Assembly (NCBI GenBank): GCA_040285825.1
Contig: JAUPSS010000004.1
Coordinates: 5,175,784-5,239,783 of the forward strand
Source of the DNA: Eukaryota sp. TZLM1-RC
Taxonomy: Eukaryota; Protista; Metamonada: BaSk clade
Direction of reading: 5' to 3'
DNA: 64,000 nt
The position numbers and the translations under genes are program-made. Position 1 is the first letter of the stretch. Each line of letters begins with the position of its first letter. Below the pieces are notes generated by a model. The model was given only the letters and a program-made list of their open reading frames with translations. It was not told where the DNA came from and ran no database searches. Of the stretch, positions 13,191 to 24,360 are shown piece by piece.

Positions 13191-14925
13191 TTCACATTTG
13201 GTCAAAGAAAGGAAAGCCTAATTTACCTAACTTATGCTGTGATATACGGGTACATTGAGAAAAATATTTTCAAAGATCCTTTATACTGATGGCGGGGGTC
13301 AGTCGTATTTTTGAAGAATTAATCGAAAATGCTGAAGGGTAAAAACAAAATACTTTATTCATTTACAACGTTTTTCCTATTGAAACATCACTTTCTCCAG
13401 CGTAAATGCGGGTTGAAACCAGAAATATGCAAATTATTATTAACCAGTCAAGAAAACTGTCTGGTGAATCCACCGTACTTCCGATAACAGAGTTTGATGA
13501 AACTGAAGAAAGTGATGATCAAACGATTGTCCTTGAAAAAAATCCTAAAACTTGGAAAAGGGTACTCATCATGCAGCATACCAAAAAAACTAATGGTTAA
13601 TTTTTTTGACGGCATTATTCTGACAAATGGCTTTGGAGTTTCAGTTTAACACCAAGACAAACAAAAAGAAAGGGATGAATTTTATATTCATGATCTTTGT
13701 GAAGACGAACTCAATTCATTAAAAGGTAAGGTCATTGCTGGAGTAGATCCTAACGAGTATGATACCAAACTGGTATCATTATCAGAAACTCATAATCCAA
13801 AAGGAATTCATTACCAAATCAGTCATTCATATGCTGCTGAAATGAGTCAAATCGAGTCCAAAAGAATCAATATGACTGGAGCAGAAAGAAAAAATTTGAA
13901 AAGTTCAAAAAAAGATGCGTGTGAAAAAAAAGAAAATAGAAGAAAACAAAAACCAAAAAACCCAAAAAAATCACTTAATGAAAAAAGAAAAAAAAATTTA
14001 AAAAAAGAGACAAACTAATTATCGATTCTTACACTGCTGATAGACAAAACTTTGAACTTCAAACAGAGAAGTTCAGAGAAACGGAAACAAACTACTTGAA
14101 CTCGATCATTATTAGGATCGAGAGCAGTGAAAACTCTCCCAAAACTGCAGTTATAAAAGAATCAACGGTGAAGAGGAAATCATTAAATCTCTTCCCGATT
14201 TCACACTTAAAGAATTCAATTTACCATCTACGCAATCGGAGGTGTCAGTTCAAGAAATATCTGATAAATTATCAGAAAATTCCAGAAAATCTTTGAATCT
14301 GCAGCAATTCAGGGAGTACATTGAAATGAAATTACTCTATGATAATTTGCTCTCTCTGATTCATCAAGACCCTCTCTTTAGGCGCCACACTCTATGCAAA
14401 CACATAAATAAACAAAAAAGTAATCTGCCTGGGTTAACCAATAAAAAACCAACTTAAATGCATATGCTCAAGACATTGTAATTGTAATTGGTTTTGGTGA
14501 TTAAAACGCTGAGATTAAACAAAAAGGTAAAACCAGCACAATCAGAGGCTGAGAAAAGCTGGTATAAAAGTATACTTGGTAGATGAGTATCGTACCAGTA
14601 TGAGATGTGCTGCTTGTGTTGAGGATCATCGCGAAGGAGATACCAAATGCATAAAAAAGATTCAAACGAAAAAGAAAGAGACTCAAGAATGATTAACGAG
14701 TGGCAAAAAAGAAGTAATGAGATGATGAGGTTATGAGGAATTGTGAAGATAAAATCAAAGAAGTCCAACAAAGATGAATCAGAATAAAAGGCAATGTCAA
14801 ACTAGTCCCATGCCATGGACTGATACAGTGAATGTGGCGTCTATTGGGACAGGGATGTTAACAGTGATCAAAACATGTACAGGATTACATACTCTCATAT
14901 TCATGATAATTGCAGACCAATAGTA
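12815..14925 (+). pseudogene. Fanzor (TnpB-like RNA-guided endonuclease) pseudogene, near full length
   Basis: Motifs in order across frameshifts and stops: YNVFPI..P.*MRVETR (~13365-13425), FDGIILTNGFGVSV (~13605), RuvC-I VIAGVDPN (D at 13746), LS..SRKS..F.EYI..K...FRR...INKQKS (~14260-14420), IVIGFGD, RuvC-II VYLVDEYRTSMRCAAC (14582), PCHGLI, RuvC-III ECGVYWDRDVN (14845-14860), terminal RP. Confidence 0.88.
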
Positions 14926-14989
14926 CGGCAACAGTGAGTGTGGGAAATAATATTTAGAGTATTAGTTTTAAGATTTGTTTGTAAACTGT

Positions 14990-15900
14990 ATTTTTATTGA
15001 AATAAAATTCTATCTGGTATTCAATGTACTCCAAACAAGCATCACCATTACTAAACCTACTCACAGCATTTCGTTCATATTCTACACCAATAGCTAAAAG
15101 AGCATTAGAAATCATTGCTGGAATAGACTTGAAAATGCAAATAAACAATTCTATTTAACCAGAAAGTGGAATTCATTTTTTTACGAGATCTATTTAGTAA
15201 AACTTTTTTGAAATTTTCAAAAGAGTGCAACCCTGAAGGTCCAATATTGCCAAAAAGAAAAATTGCAAACGGCACAAACTGATATTTCACATGTTCCACT
15301 CTACCTAGTTGTGATAATAATTCTTCGTATTTTATTTATTTTCTTTTTTTTCGGCGCTAGATAGTGCGAATCAGCGGAATACACCTTAGGAGCAGCAGAA
15401 TTTTGGAGACGTCTACTGAGACAACATCCACCACTTTGAGAACACCATCGATCCCTGGAACCACTAAATTTGCCCTTCTTTTACCAAAGGAATCATCAGT
15501 TTGATCTAGAGATAGCTTCCGTACTAATGGCCCTAATAAAAGCCTCTATAGTGAAACTTTTGCACATAGCATATAATTGATCACCAACTCAATCATGAAC
15601 AATTGAGCGACAAGTTATAAAACATTAGTTATCAAAATATTTGAAGTTGAAAATATGGGAAAGTGTAACCACATTCTTGCAGTGATAAATTAAATCATTA
15701 TGTAACGAACAAGGCCATAAGAAACATCTCATTCTCATAGCAATGGTCCATTGATGATCATTGAGTAGAAGGCCATAAATCTTGGGAACTCGGGAGATTA
15801 GACAACTTGACAAACTGTCTTCAAGGTCAATCAAAAAGTCTGTGGAAACGGGTTTTTTTCTTCAGCCAAGCTAAGACGTACAATATAATCCAAGTTTTCT
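14990..15900 (-). mobile_element. Decayed CRE-like non-LTR retrotransposon, 3' half (zinc knuckle + RLE)
   Basis: SSCLISRVPKIYGLLLND..MRMR, RAN/D motif, YQFVPFAIFLFG, FWLNRIV; same family as 24.7-26.1 kb and 56.7-57.2 kb. Confidence 0.85.
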
Positions 15901-15966
15901 AAGATTTATTTGCATGGAAAGAAACATGCATATTTTGAGTTACCAGAATCAATTTCTAAGCAATGA

Positions 15967-16932
15967 ATGGACACCTCTTCTAGCACTGATGATTATGATC
16001 GTGTAGATCTCTCTCTAGACGAACTTTGTGATTCACAGGAAGAAAATATCTCACGACTGCATCAACGCATCCGAGATCACCTTCGTTCCTCACAGGCCTT
16101 GCCCGTCTCCCATCATCAGAATGTTCCTGGCTCATCGGAATACATCATCAATTCATACCGCCAGAAACTGTTCTCTACTCTTGTAGACCGCCACACACTA
16201 ACTCTTCAACATGAAAAGGAAGTTACTGATCTCAAATCAATCATCAATAGTCAACAATCTGAAATTCAACGGTTAACTGCCATTATTGATGATTCCCACA
16301 CCAAAAGTGCTCAACTTATGGATCACAGTACTGAACTCAACGCGCAACTCAGTGAAGCAAGGAGCTTTGCGGAAGATGTTGAATTCCAACTCAAGCAAAC
16401 AAATGTTGAAAAGGACCGAGAAAGGAGGGAATTTTTCAATTGTAGTCAAGCGATTTCTGAGCTGATGACGAGCTTTAGTGACGTAGTTAATAGTCGAATT
16501 GATCGAATTGAGTCCCGATTGTCATCAGTCAATCAAGCTACTTCAATTGAATCTTCATGGTTTCCTGCATTACGTGATAGATTGCTTTTTTTGGAAAGTG
16601 ATCTCAATCAAGTTAGCCAGGAGGTCAGAATTCTCAAGAATGAACGTGATTCTTGTTTAACTCAGCTTGACGAATCTCGTGATTTGATTGGTAAAACTAG
16701 GGGAGCTAATGGTTATTTAGAAAAGGAAAATGTTGATTTAATTGAACAAAATGAAAGTTATAAAAAGAGAATTTCTATTTTGGAAAGGAAAATTTCTGAT
16801 TTAAATGATGAATTAATCTTACAAAAAGATGAAATGAATACAGAAATTCAATGGTTACGGAGTAAAATGGCAAAGCTGAAAAAGGAACGGAATTCATTAG
16901 TAGAATATATCGAATTAATTGAAGAAAAATAG
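15967..16932 (+). CDS. Coiled-coil protein of unknown function
   Basis: Clean 321-aa ORF rich in E/K/L/Q heptads, followed by a T-rich 3' region. Confidence 0.75.
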   Translation: MDTSSSTDDYDRVDLSLDELCDSQEENISRLHQRIRDHLRSSQALPVSHHQNVPGSSEYIINSYRQKLFSTLVDRHTLTLQHEKEVTDLKSIINSQQSEIQRLTAIIDDSHTKSAQLMDHSTELNAQLSEARSFAEDVEFQLKQTNVEKDRERREFFNCSQAISELMTSFSDVVNSRIDRIESRLSSVNQATSIESSWFPALRDRLLFLESDLNQVSQEVRILKNERDSCLTQLDESRDLIGKTRGANGYLEKENVDLIEQNESYKKRISILERKISDLNDELILQKDEMNTEIQWLRSKMAKLKKERNSLVEYIELIEEK

Positions 16933-17107
16933 AATTTTTGTTTATTTAATATCAGTTGTAATATATTTTATGTTTTTTCTTTTGTTTATATCAGTTGTAG
17001 TTTTGAATGTATACGAGCATAAAATGATTTGGGGATAAAAGTAAGACATTAAATAAAAGAACAACATTATGATATATACATCAAAAAGGTCAAAGAATAA
17101 GATAAGG

Positions 17108-17404
17108 TCATGGCTTTTCTATAGGACTTTTGATCTGATTTTTGTTTAAAAGATCAATCAAAGATTTAATGTCAAGCCTAGCCGAAGCTAGCTCATTGAG
17201 GAGGAAATCACGCTGTTTCTGGAGCAAATCAAGCTCCTGGAATTGTGAAGGTGCATCTGACAATACTGAGCTTCTACGGGAGACGTCATTCCACTCGCAA
17301 GAGTTTGAATCAAATGCAAGGACGGTCTGGTTAAACTTTAAGGTTATTTGGTCTGCAAAGGTTGGTAACGCAGGTTCAGTAGTTGAAGAACGTCTTCGAA
17401 ACAT
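17108..17404 (-). CDS. Small protein, possibly Chibby-like
   Basis: 98 aa from ATG 17404; ITLKFNQTVLAF...EW followed by a C-terminal coiled coil (DFLLNELA) resembles the Chibby layout. Family assignment is tentative. Confidence 0.45.
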   Translation of the reverse strand: MFRRRSSTTEPALPTFADQITLKFNQTVLAFDSNSCEWNDVSRRSSVLSDAPSQFQELDLLQKQRDFLLNELASARLDIKSLIDLLNKNQIKSPIEKP

Positions 17405-17486
17405 AGTTTTGAAGAGGAATGAGATTATTCCAACAAAAACCAATCAAGCGGGAACGTCATCATTATTGACTAATTTTGACTATATC

Positions 17487-18232
17487 ATGAGTAAGAAGTC
17501 TGTGCCATCTCCCCCCAGTAACGTCACCTATGCAACCCAGCCTCTGTTGGGATGTGCGGAGCCTTTTAGTTCATGGACACATCTGGTAGCATCTGTGGCT
17601 GCAGTTCCCCTTTTTGTCAGACTGTTTTTCTTGATCAAACTGGACTGGCAAACCTTGCTCTGCACGATTGTCTACACGTTTTCTGTATTTTTTTGCCTCG
17701 TAATGAGTGGGGTTTATCACATGATCCAACCCTACACTATGTCGCGTCTAGTCATGCGAAGATTGGATCACTCTGCGATATTTTGTTTAATTGCAGGATC
17801 ATTTACCGGAATTCATGGAGTTTTCTTCACATCATATGCTAGATGGGTTTGTGCTGTTTTCCAATCTCACCCTAGATCATGCCTATTCTTTTGTGGGTCA
17901 TCGCCATCAATGGCATTGTCCTCAAGACTGTCTTTTTTAACAAAGTCTCTGATAAACTAGGCCTTTACCTCTATCTCATCATGGGATGGCTAGGTTCGGT
18001 TTCTTTTGTGATCATGCTAGTTGTCTACAAGGATGTCATTATGGCCGTCTTGCTCATAGGTGGCGGTGTTGCTTATTCCATTGGTGGAGTTATTGATTCT
18101 ATCTTTGAAAAGGAATTTAAGGGAATTCAAGGTTATTTTATGAGCCATGAAGTATTTCATGTTTTTGTTGTTTTAGGTTTATATCTCCATTATGAACTTG
18201 TCGTGTATGGAGCGAAGGGATTGGTTGAGTAA
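17487..18232 (+). CDS. Hemolysin III / PAQR family membrane protein (2 exons; intron 17847-17875)
   Basis: Motifs E..SSWTH, S..YH, RRLDHSAIF..IAGSFT, LYLIMGW, GG..YSIG and HEVFHVFV. Removing the 29-nt GTTTGT...TAG intron joins ARW|IMPILLW in frame. Confidence 0.92.
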
Positions 18233-18359
18233 ATAGTTTTCTGTATCTAATGTTTTTATTTTTTCCAGCAACCTGATGGTCTTTTTCTTAATTGAAATTT
18301 AAATTTAAATTTTGGCCCATATGTAGGCGGATTTATTTTTTGACTACCGTGTTTGGAAA

Positions 18360-18700
18360 AAGGTGTTTTATCTAAGGTCGAACTTATTCCCAATTCATTC
18401 TGTTTCACACAAAATATGATCGGTTTTGTTTAATTAGTTTATCAGGTAAGTTTCACTAAACCATAATTCAATAATGTGGTATCTATTGTTTTATTTTAAG
18501 TTATCAACCTATTTTTTCTATTTTTAAGGGAATGGTAAAACTAATTTCTGATTCACTCACTTCTTTTGGGAAATTTTCTGAATCTTTATCAATTAATTGT
18601 TTTGATGTAGGGGAGGCTGGTTTTCAGGATGTGGAGTTTTAGTTGTGTAATTTATGTTTTCCTATTTCTTATTAAATGAATAAAATTGAGTGTTTTAAAA
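18360..18700 (+). mobile_element. Short 3' tail of a CRE-like retrotransposon
   Basis: Near-identical to 47025-47200 (FSIFKGMVKLISDSL...FDVGEAGFQDVEF* plus 3'UTR). Confidence 0.8.
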
Positions 18701-19094
18701 AATAGTTGACAACCTTTTGACCGAAAAATGCTTGATCTAAAAGTCGAACATTTTCTCCTACCAATCTGATTCTTTGGTGCGAGTCCAAATACTTTATGAA
18801 TATTATAATATGATGAAATTGTCCATGACACGAAGAAATTACCATCAATATTTATTACCCAATCAACCATTTGTAACGGAAGCTCCATTAATTTACAGTT
18901 GCCGGGATATGATTCAAACAACGAAACAATGCGTTTATCGATCATCTATACTTTACAATAACAAAAACAGAGTAACCGCCAAAAGTAGTTAAGAAAGAGA
19001 AACATGAAATGAAATAAAATAAAACTGAAATGAAATTAATTAATTAACAAATCCCTCAAATACCAAAAAAACTCCATAAACTCGCAATAATCAT

Positions 19095-19889
19095 TCAAGA
19101 ATCTGCGCTTTTTTGAAACGAAATACCTGCTGAAAGTACTCTCTTTTTTGACCGTTTTTCCTCTTTCTGACCCTCATCACGTGATTCACCAAGACTTCCC
19201 TTGACTTCAACGGAAACTGACCTAAACGGATCAGTATTCTGTCTCGCAGATTTCTCCACTACAATCGGCTCTCCCTGCTCATCAAAAGTAATTTCTTTGG
19301 CACCAATAGAAAGTTTATTAATAACTTGCTTAGCATGAGCAGTTTTGTTCAGCAAGTCTTTCCTTTTCTTCTTGACTTTATCAAACTCTTTTTGCCTGGT
19401 TTCCTTAACAACTGAAGGTTTCTCTTTGCGCACCCATGGCTTAGCACCTCCTTTGTCCAAAGAGCCTGTATTGTGATTCAGATTCGATTGATTAGATTTG
19501 AGTGTACGGCGTCGAGTTGAGGCAGAACTTTTGGTGATTATTGGTATTTCTGGGGGAGGTGAAGGTATTTCTGATCTGGATATAACAGGAATACAAGGAG
19601 AAAGCGGGTCGGGAAGGAGTGGTTCAGGAAGAGACCAGTTACACAAGGAAGGATCAGAAGGGAGGAAAGGGTAGTTTGATATCGGATCTATAGGTTGGAG
19701 AAGAACTGCTTTGCGAATAAGAGAAGAAGCCCACATAGCAGAGTGAGGTAAGTAGAGACGCTCTACCTGGTTGGCATCATGGATAGATAATGCAGAATCA
19801 ACTATGTGATGAATACTGCTCAAAACAGCAGAGTGACATGCTTCATTGTGATGTATTTCGTCAAGGACATGTGAGCTGAGAGTGTCCAT
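19095..19889 (-). CDS. Hypothetical protein (Pro-rich middle, basic C-terminus)
   Basis: Clean 264-aa ORF with host-like composition. Confidence 0.65.
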   Translation of the reverse strand: MDTLSSHVLDEIHHNEACHSAVLSSIHHIVDSALSIHDANQVERLYLPHSAMWASSLIRKAVLLQPIDPISNYPFLPSDPSLCNWSLPEPLLPDPLSPCIPVISRSEIPSPPPEIPIITKSSASTRRRTLKSNQSNLNHNTGSLDKGGAKPWVRKEKPSVVKETRQKEFDKVKKKRKDLLNKTAHAKQVINKLSIGAKEITFDEQGEPIVVEKSARQNTDPFRSVSVEVKGSLGESRDEGQKEEKRSKKRVLSAGISFQKSADS

Positions 19890-19999
19890 TAGAATAGATG
19901 TTGGTAAGAGACCAATACTGTTTGTTGATGAGTGATTATCGTCTGAAATAAATTTTTGTTATTTTATTTTTTAACTTCAATTTATTTATCTTATTTTCT

Positions 20000-20490
20000 A
20001 CGAAGAATCAAATCAAAACAAAACAAACTAAAACACATAAGAAACAAAATTGTCCACGCCAACTCTTGATGAATCTTTATACAGCTTAGACCTCATTAAA
20101 CTCAAGTACTTGGGAACACTTCTGTACAAAGCGAAAATGATACGATTCTTCCATAAATTCCCTGCAAAATTCTTACCACTTGAACGGCATAAATTACCAA
20201 AATCATTGATAAAATTCAAGGCGGACTGTCCAATGTTGCCAAAAATCGAAAAGGCAAAAGGAACAAACAAAAACTTCGAGTAAAGATTCTTATTTAAGTC
20301 ATTTAATATCTCAGTATATTTATCTCTTTAACGATCTTCAGCCTTGTTTAAATGACCATTGGCACTAAGTAAAACATCATCACGATAAACAAAAGCAAAG
20401 GCATCAACTGTAGTAAAATCAACAACAACTTGAGAGGAATCCACAAAAGGAGCAATTAAATCACCTCGACGTGAATTAAACAGATTATTA
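20000..20490 (-). mobile_element. 3' fragment of a CRE-like retrotransposon (RLE)
   Basis: RRGDLIAPF..VVVDFTTV...FVPFAFSIFG..LWKNRIIF; near-identical to 57215-57490. Confidence 0.85.
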
Positions 20491-21483
20491 TCGCTATACT
20501 TCAATTTTAGTTATTTTTTAATTTTTAGTTTAATTTTTCATCGTTTTCAGGTCACTTTTCAGGATGACCGAAATGTAACAGAAATTGTTCATTATCGACG
20601 CAACTCGGGTAGTTTACGCCAGGAAAAGAATGATCAGGATGCTTGTGACTTCGATTACTCTATTGTTGATCTTAAGTTTTTTGAAAAGAAATAAAATTTT
20701 ACTTCTATTTATTTCTTGACTTTCGAAAACCCGAAATATATTTCCAATTATTTCCTTCCGATACCTTAGTGATAGAATAAATGTGGTGGAGATAGTATGA
20801 AATTTGATTGAATTGAATTGTATCATTGATAATTATTCAAGTCGCTGTTCTTACACTATCAATCGCAGTACACCTCACCATAGAATTGGTAAATAGTGCT
20901 GCTAATTTGACTTGATTTGATTGAGACAATTAGCAATATTTTCAATTAGTATTTTTGCCATTTATGTTCTGGAAATTGGATGTAACCCAATAAGTAATTG
21001 GCAATAACAATTTGAATTTGATACAATTATTCGAAGCACATTCAAATTTTGATACAACAAGCAATTCTGTTGTTGTTAAAGGATAAACTGATATGGAAAA
21101 AAATCTTATTGCCGTTAGGTAAATCTTGCATAAATTTTCGGCTGATTTGGGGTATGGTGATAGAGAATTTTAAGTTTGTGTTCTAGTTTTTCATTCAACA
21201 AAATAATCTTTGTTGTTGTTATACACATAAATACCACCAACCATTTAGTTACAGACTTCTGAAAAGGTTCATTTGGTGAATCATCAAACTCAGTTGATGA
21301 GCATGAATTTGAATACAAAAGCGATAACAAACAAAATCTCGATCATCACTGCGTTGTGTCTGCTATTTGTTTTCTAATGCTCTTCCACAGAAATCAAACC
21401 AAATTTCGAAATAAAAATACGTGAAACTCTTTCATTTTGAAGGGAGAAATCTGATTTTGAGCTTTGAACATTGATTTAGACCG

Positions 21484-21786
21484 ATGACGAGTCGGGCATC
21501 GGGGGGAGCTCCAATTCCTCCTGTGACACCAGTGAATACTCCTTTATTGAAGGGCCAGTGTGACCGATCTCCCTCTACTAGCAGGCTTCCCCGAACAGTG
21601 TCTTTTTCAGATCAGCCTACTGTAGCTTACTACTTCAAGACAGATCCATCTAGTCAGTTTTATACAGATTCTCTCACGAAGGCCGATCACGTTCCGCAAT
21701 TTCGCCGTGCTTCTACTTCAAGTTCCATACTGAAATGCATGGTGACTCAAAACGAGCTGAAGTGTTCCTACTGCTCCTTCATGTAG
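21484..21786 (+). CDS. Small hypothetical protein (contains RTVSF, an RVxF-like PP1-docking motif)
   Basis: 100-aa ATG ORF with host-like composition. Confidence 0.45.
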   Translation: MTSRASGGAPIPPVTPVNTPLLKGQCDRSPSTSRLPRTVSFSDQPTVAYYFKTDPSSQFYTDSLTKADHVPQFRRASTSSSILKCMVTQNELKCSYCSFM

Positions 21787-22233
21787 TTACGAAGGAACTT
21801 AGATTAAACAGTAGTGATTTATTGTACTGTGTTGTATATATGTACATATTAAAGTTATTAAAGTTATTATTCCTCAGTTTTTGGTACATCACATCACTGA
21901 TTTCTTCAACACTGTTTGAAATTACAGCAAATATGTCCTTATAAAGTTTAGTGAAGTGGTCTATAATGAACTAAGAATTCTTGATGACCTGCCCACTGAC
22001 GTGTTTTGAGAAACCAATTCAAGTAAAGTTTTTAAAGATCAAAGAAAAATTTATTTCAGCACAAAACAAAGAACCAAAAGTCAATCAAATTGGCAATCAA
22101 ATTTGATCTGACAACCTGACGAGAAGCGCTCGCTTCTTAGTTGAAGAAAGAGAACATCTACCAGCAAAAGAGAATAAAACTCCCAAAATCATCAAGAAAA
22201 ACAATAGCTAATTGATCAATTCAAACCAATAAT

Positions 22234-23535
22234 TCACGTTTTTGCTACAAAAAATGATGTAAATCCTTCAATCAAATCATCATCAGATGACGTGTCGCTG
22301 CTTGACTCTCCTTGACTTCCACTTAATTCCAAGCAAACAGAAAAAAGACCATCAAAAGTGTTGAAATTTTCACCTGTAAGATTAAATTTTTGAGTCATAT
22401 CAGAGAGATAACTGATTCCAGTCACTCGTGTTCCATCAAGAGATGATCCGTTCTTGTCACCCGACAGCCTGTCAAAATTTGAAATGAAACTAGTAGAAAA
22501 ATCACGACAATCACGAATGATTGATTGAGCATTAAAACAGTTACTACAGCAGGCTAAGCAAAAAAGATATTGGGCAATAGAGAACATTTTTTGCTTTCTA
22601 GACATAAAAAATGAAAAGAGTTCCATGCAAAATTCCTCAGAAATATTGTTGTGGAGGCAGTAGAGGCAAATCAAGGTAATTTTAAAAACAACTTCATCAG
22701 TAAATTCGAAAACACCAAGATTGTTTCTTAAAAAATCGTTAAAAAACTTCGTATTGAATCCAGAGACTTCACTAGTGAAGCCACCAACAATTATAAACAA
22801 AAGATCAATTAATAACGACATTGAATTCACAGAATCAACTAATTCAGTTAAATCTTTTCCTTTATAGGGTTCCATAACTGTACCTACCAATCTAGTCAAG
22901 TTATTTCTTGAGTTTTCAAACACTTTCTCGCTACTTAATGACCTTGTATAGTAGAATAAACACGATAAAGCGTCTTTCTGAAGTAAACTTAAAACAGCTA
23001 AATTATTAAACCCTGCTCCCATAAAGGGGTTGACTCGACATGCTAAAAGGTACCATTGGAGGGAAGAATCAAGGTTGGGGTTAGAGTTGGGGTTTATTGA
23101 GGTTTGATGGAGGTAGAGGTATCTTTCAAGGTCCCCCAGCACGACACAAAATCTGTGTGCATAGAACAAAGCACGGCCAAGTCTAGAGTTGGGACTGGGG
23201 AGGGAAGGAGGAGGGATGAAAGAGGAAAGGGAAGGGGTGTCAAGTTCAGATAGAACCATGGGAAGAAGAGTGTGAGAGTAGTAGGAGATGGAGGCGGTAA
23301 TAAATGGGACAAGGTCCGCAGGATACTGAGATTTGAGAGACTGAATGGGTAGATAAAAACCCAGACGCCAGAGATTAGACTCTAGTGGTGCATAAACAGC
23401 AGAATCTAGGCTAGAGAAGAGAGAACGTTGGCAGTTGTTTCGGAATTGAACAAGCAGTTCACTCACTTCTGAAGAAGATGGATTGAGATGTGTAAGCTTA
23501 TTCTTAAGCTCCAGTTCAGGGGTTGTTACATGCAT
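22234..23535 (-). CDS. EST1/SMG5-7 family protein (14-3-3-like EST1 domain)
   Basis: LWRLGFY..I, C.V.LGDL.RY, A....P..G..FN.LA.L and Y.RSL....F..SR.NL motifs. Start placed at MHVTT (23535) because upstream sequence belongs to a Fanzor remnant. Confidence 0.85.
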   Translation of the reverse strand: MHVTTPELELKNKLTHLNPSSSEVSELLVQFRNNCQRSLFSSLDSAVYAPLESNLWRLGFYLPIQSLKSQYPADLVPFITASISYYSHTLLPMVLSELDTPSLSSFIPPPSLPSPNSRLGRALFYAHRFCVVLGDLERYLYLHQTSINPNSNPNLDSSLQWYLLACRVNPFMGAGFNNLAVLSLLQKDALSCLFYYTRSLSSEKVFENSRNNLTRLVGTVMEPYKGKDLTELVDSVNSMSLLIDLLFIIVGGFTSEVSGFNTKFFNDFLRNNLGVFEFTDEVVFKITLICLYCLHNNISEEFCMELFSFFMSRKQKMFSIAQYLFCLACCSNCFNAQSIIRDCRDFSTSFISNFDRLSGDKNGSSLDGTRVTGISYLSDMTQKFNLTGENFNTFDGLFSVCLELSGSQGESSSDTSSDDDLIEGFTSFFVAKT

Positions 23536-23569
23536 AAAGGAAGCTGAATAAAGAAGCTGAATAAGGAAG

Positions 23570-24360
23570 CCATCGCTTTTGTTTTTCATTCATCCTACTT
23601 TTCAAAGACCAGGACATCTGAGTCATTCTCACCCATTTGAATTTCTTGTCTTGATTCATCACCCGACTATTTCTTTGCTGTTCAGTTTCATGTTCAGGCA
23701 CCATGGCTAATTCTGGATCCGTTTTTTACTCCCAAATTACAATAAATCACGTTTTCCAGGATCACAAACAACAATTCCTTTATCTTGAAAAGTATCAACA
23801 TCAACATCATCAATAAATGAATCAGAAACACTGGCCTTGTTGTCTGGCTTGCATTTCTCACCTTGTAAATCCCGACGAACAAATTCTACTGCAATATTAA
23901 ATCCATCTGTGTGGATAATGTTGTAGAATTTATAAATCTTTAGTTTGAACGTTGTTTGGTTTAAATCGATAATATTGGACCAAAATTCAAATTATTCAGG
24001 TGGTTTGAGTCTATGAACTTGGGCTAGTGTATTGACCATTTGTAATCTCTGCTTAGCCAACAAATCGTCCATCAATGTTTTTTTGATAATTCTCCATATT
24101 GTTCTTGTGTCAATTGGAATATACCATGGACCTACATTGGTTGATACAGCGGTAACGTGATAAGGTTTCCCCTCTGGGAATTCTATTGGGAATCTACTGG
24201 GAATCTATTGAGCAATCGTAAGTGCTGGTTTTAAGAATATCTGAGGATCTTTTTCAACAGAATCTGCAAGAACGTGTACAACAACTGGAAATGTATTGTC
24301 AACCAGACTGTCATCCGTGACTAATTCTCAATTTGACAAGCAAATGGTGTTGTAAGACCA
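23570..24360 (-). pseudogene. Fanzor remnant (REC-WED-RuvC-I segment), same family as 41-43.8 kb
   Basis: Reads CQIENLVTDD.LVD..FPVV.H.LAD.V..DPQIFLKPA (matches 42780-42900), then YIPIDTRTIW, FYNIIHTDGFNIAV, GIVVCDPGKRDLL*. Confidence 0.88.

Noticed and set aside
2660-13205. The many 60-118 aa ORFs in the array as genes
   Set aside because: They overlap on both strands, vary with homopolymer indels and show no recognisable domain.
17142-17486. N-terminal extension of the HlyIII ORF
   Set aside because: It is the antisense shadow of the minus-strand gene; the ATG at 17487 gives a normal family length.
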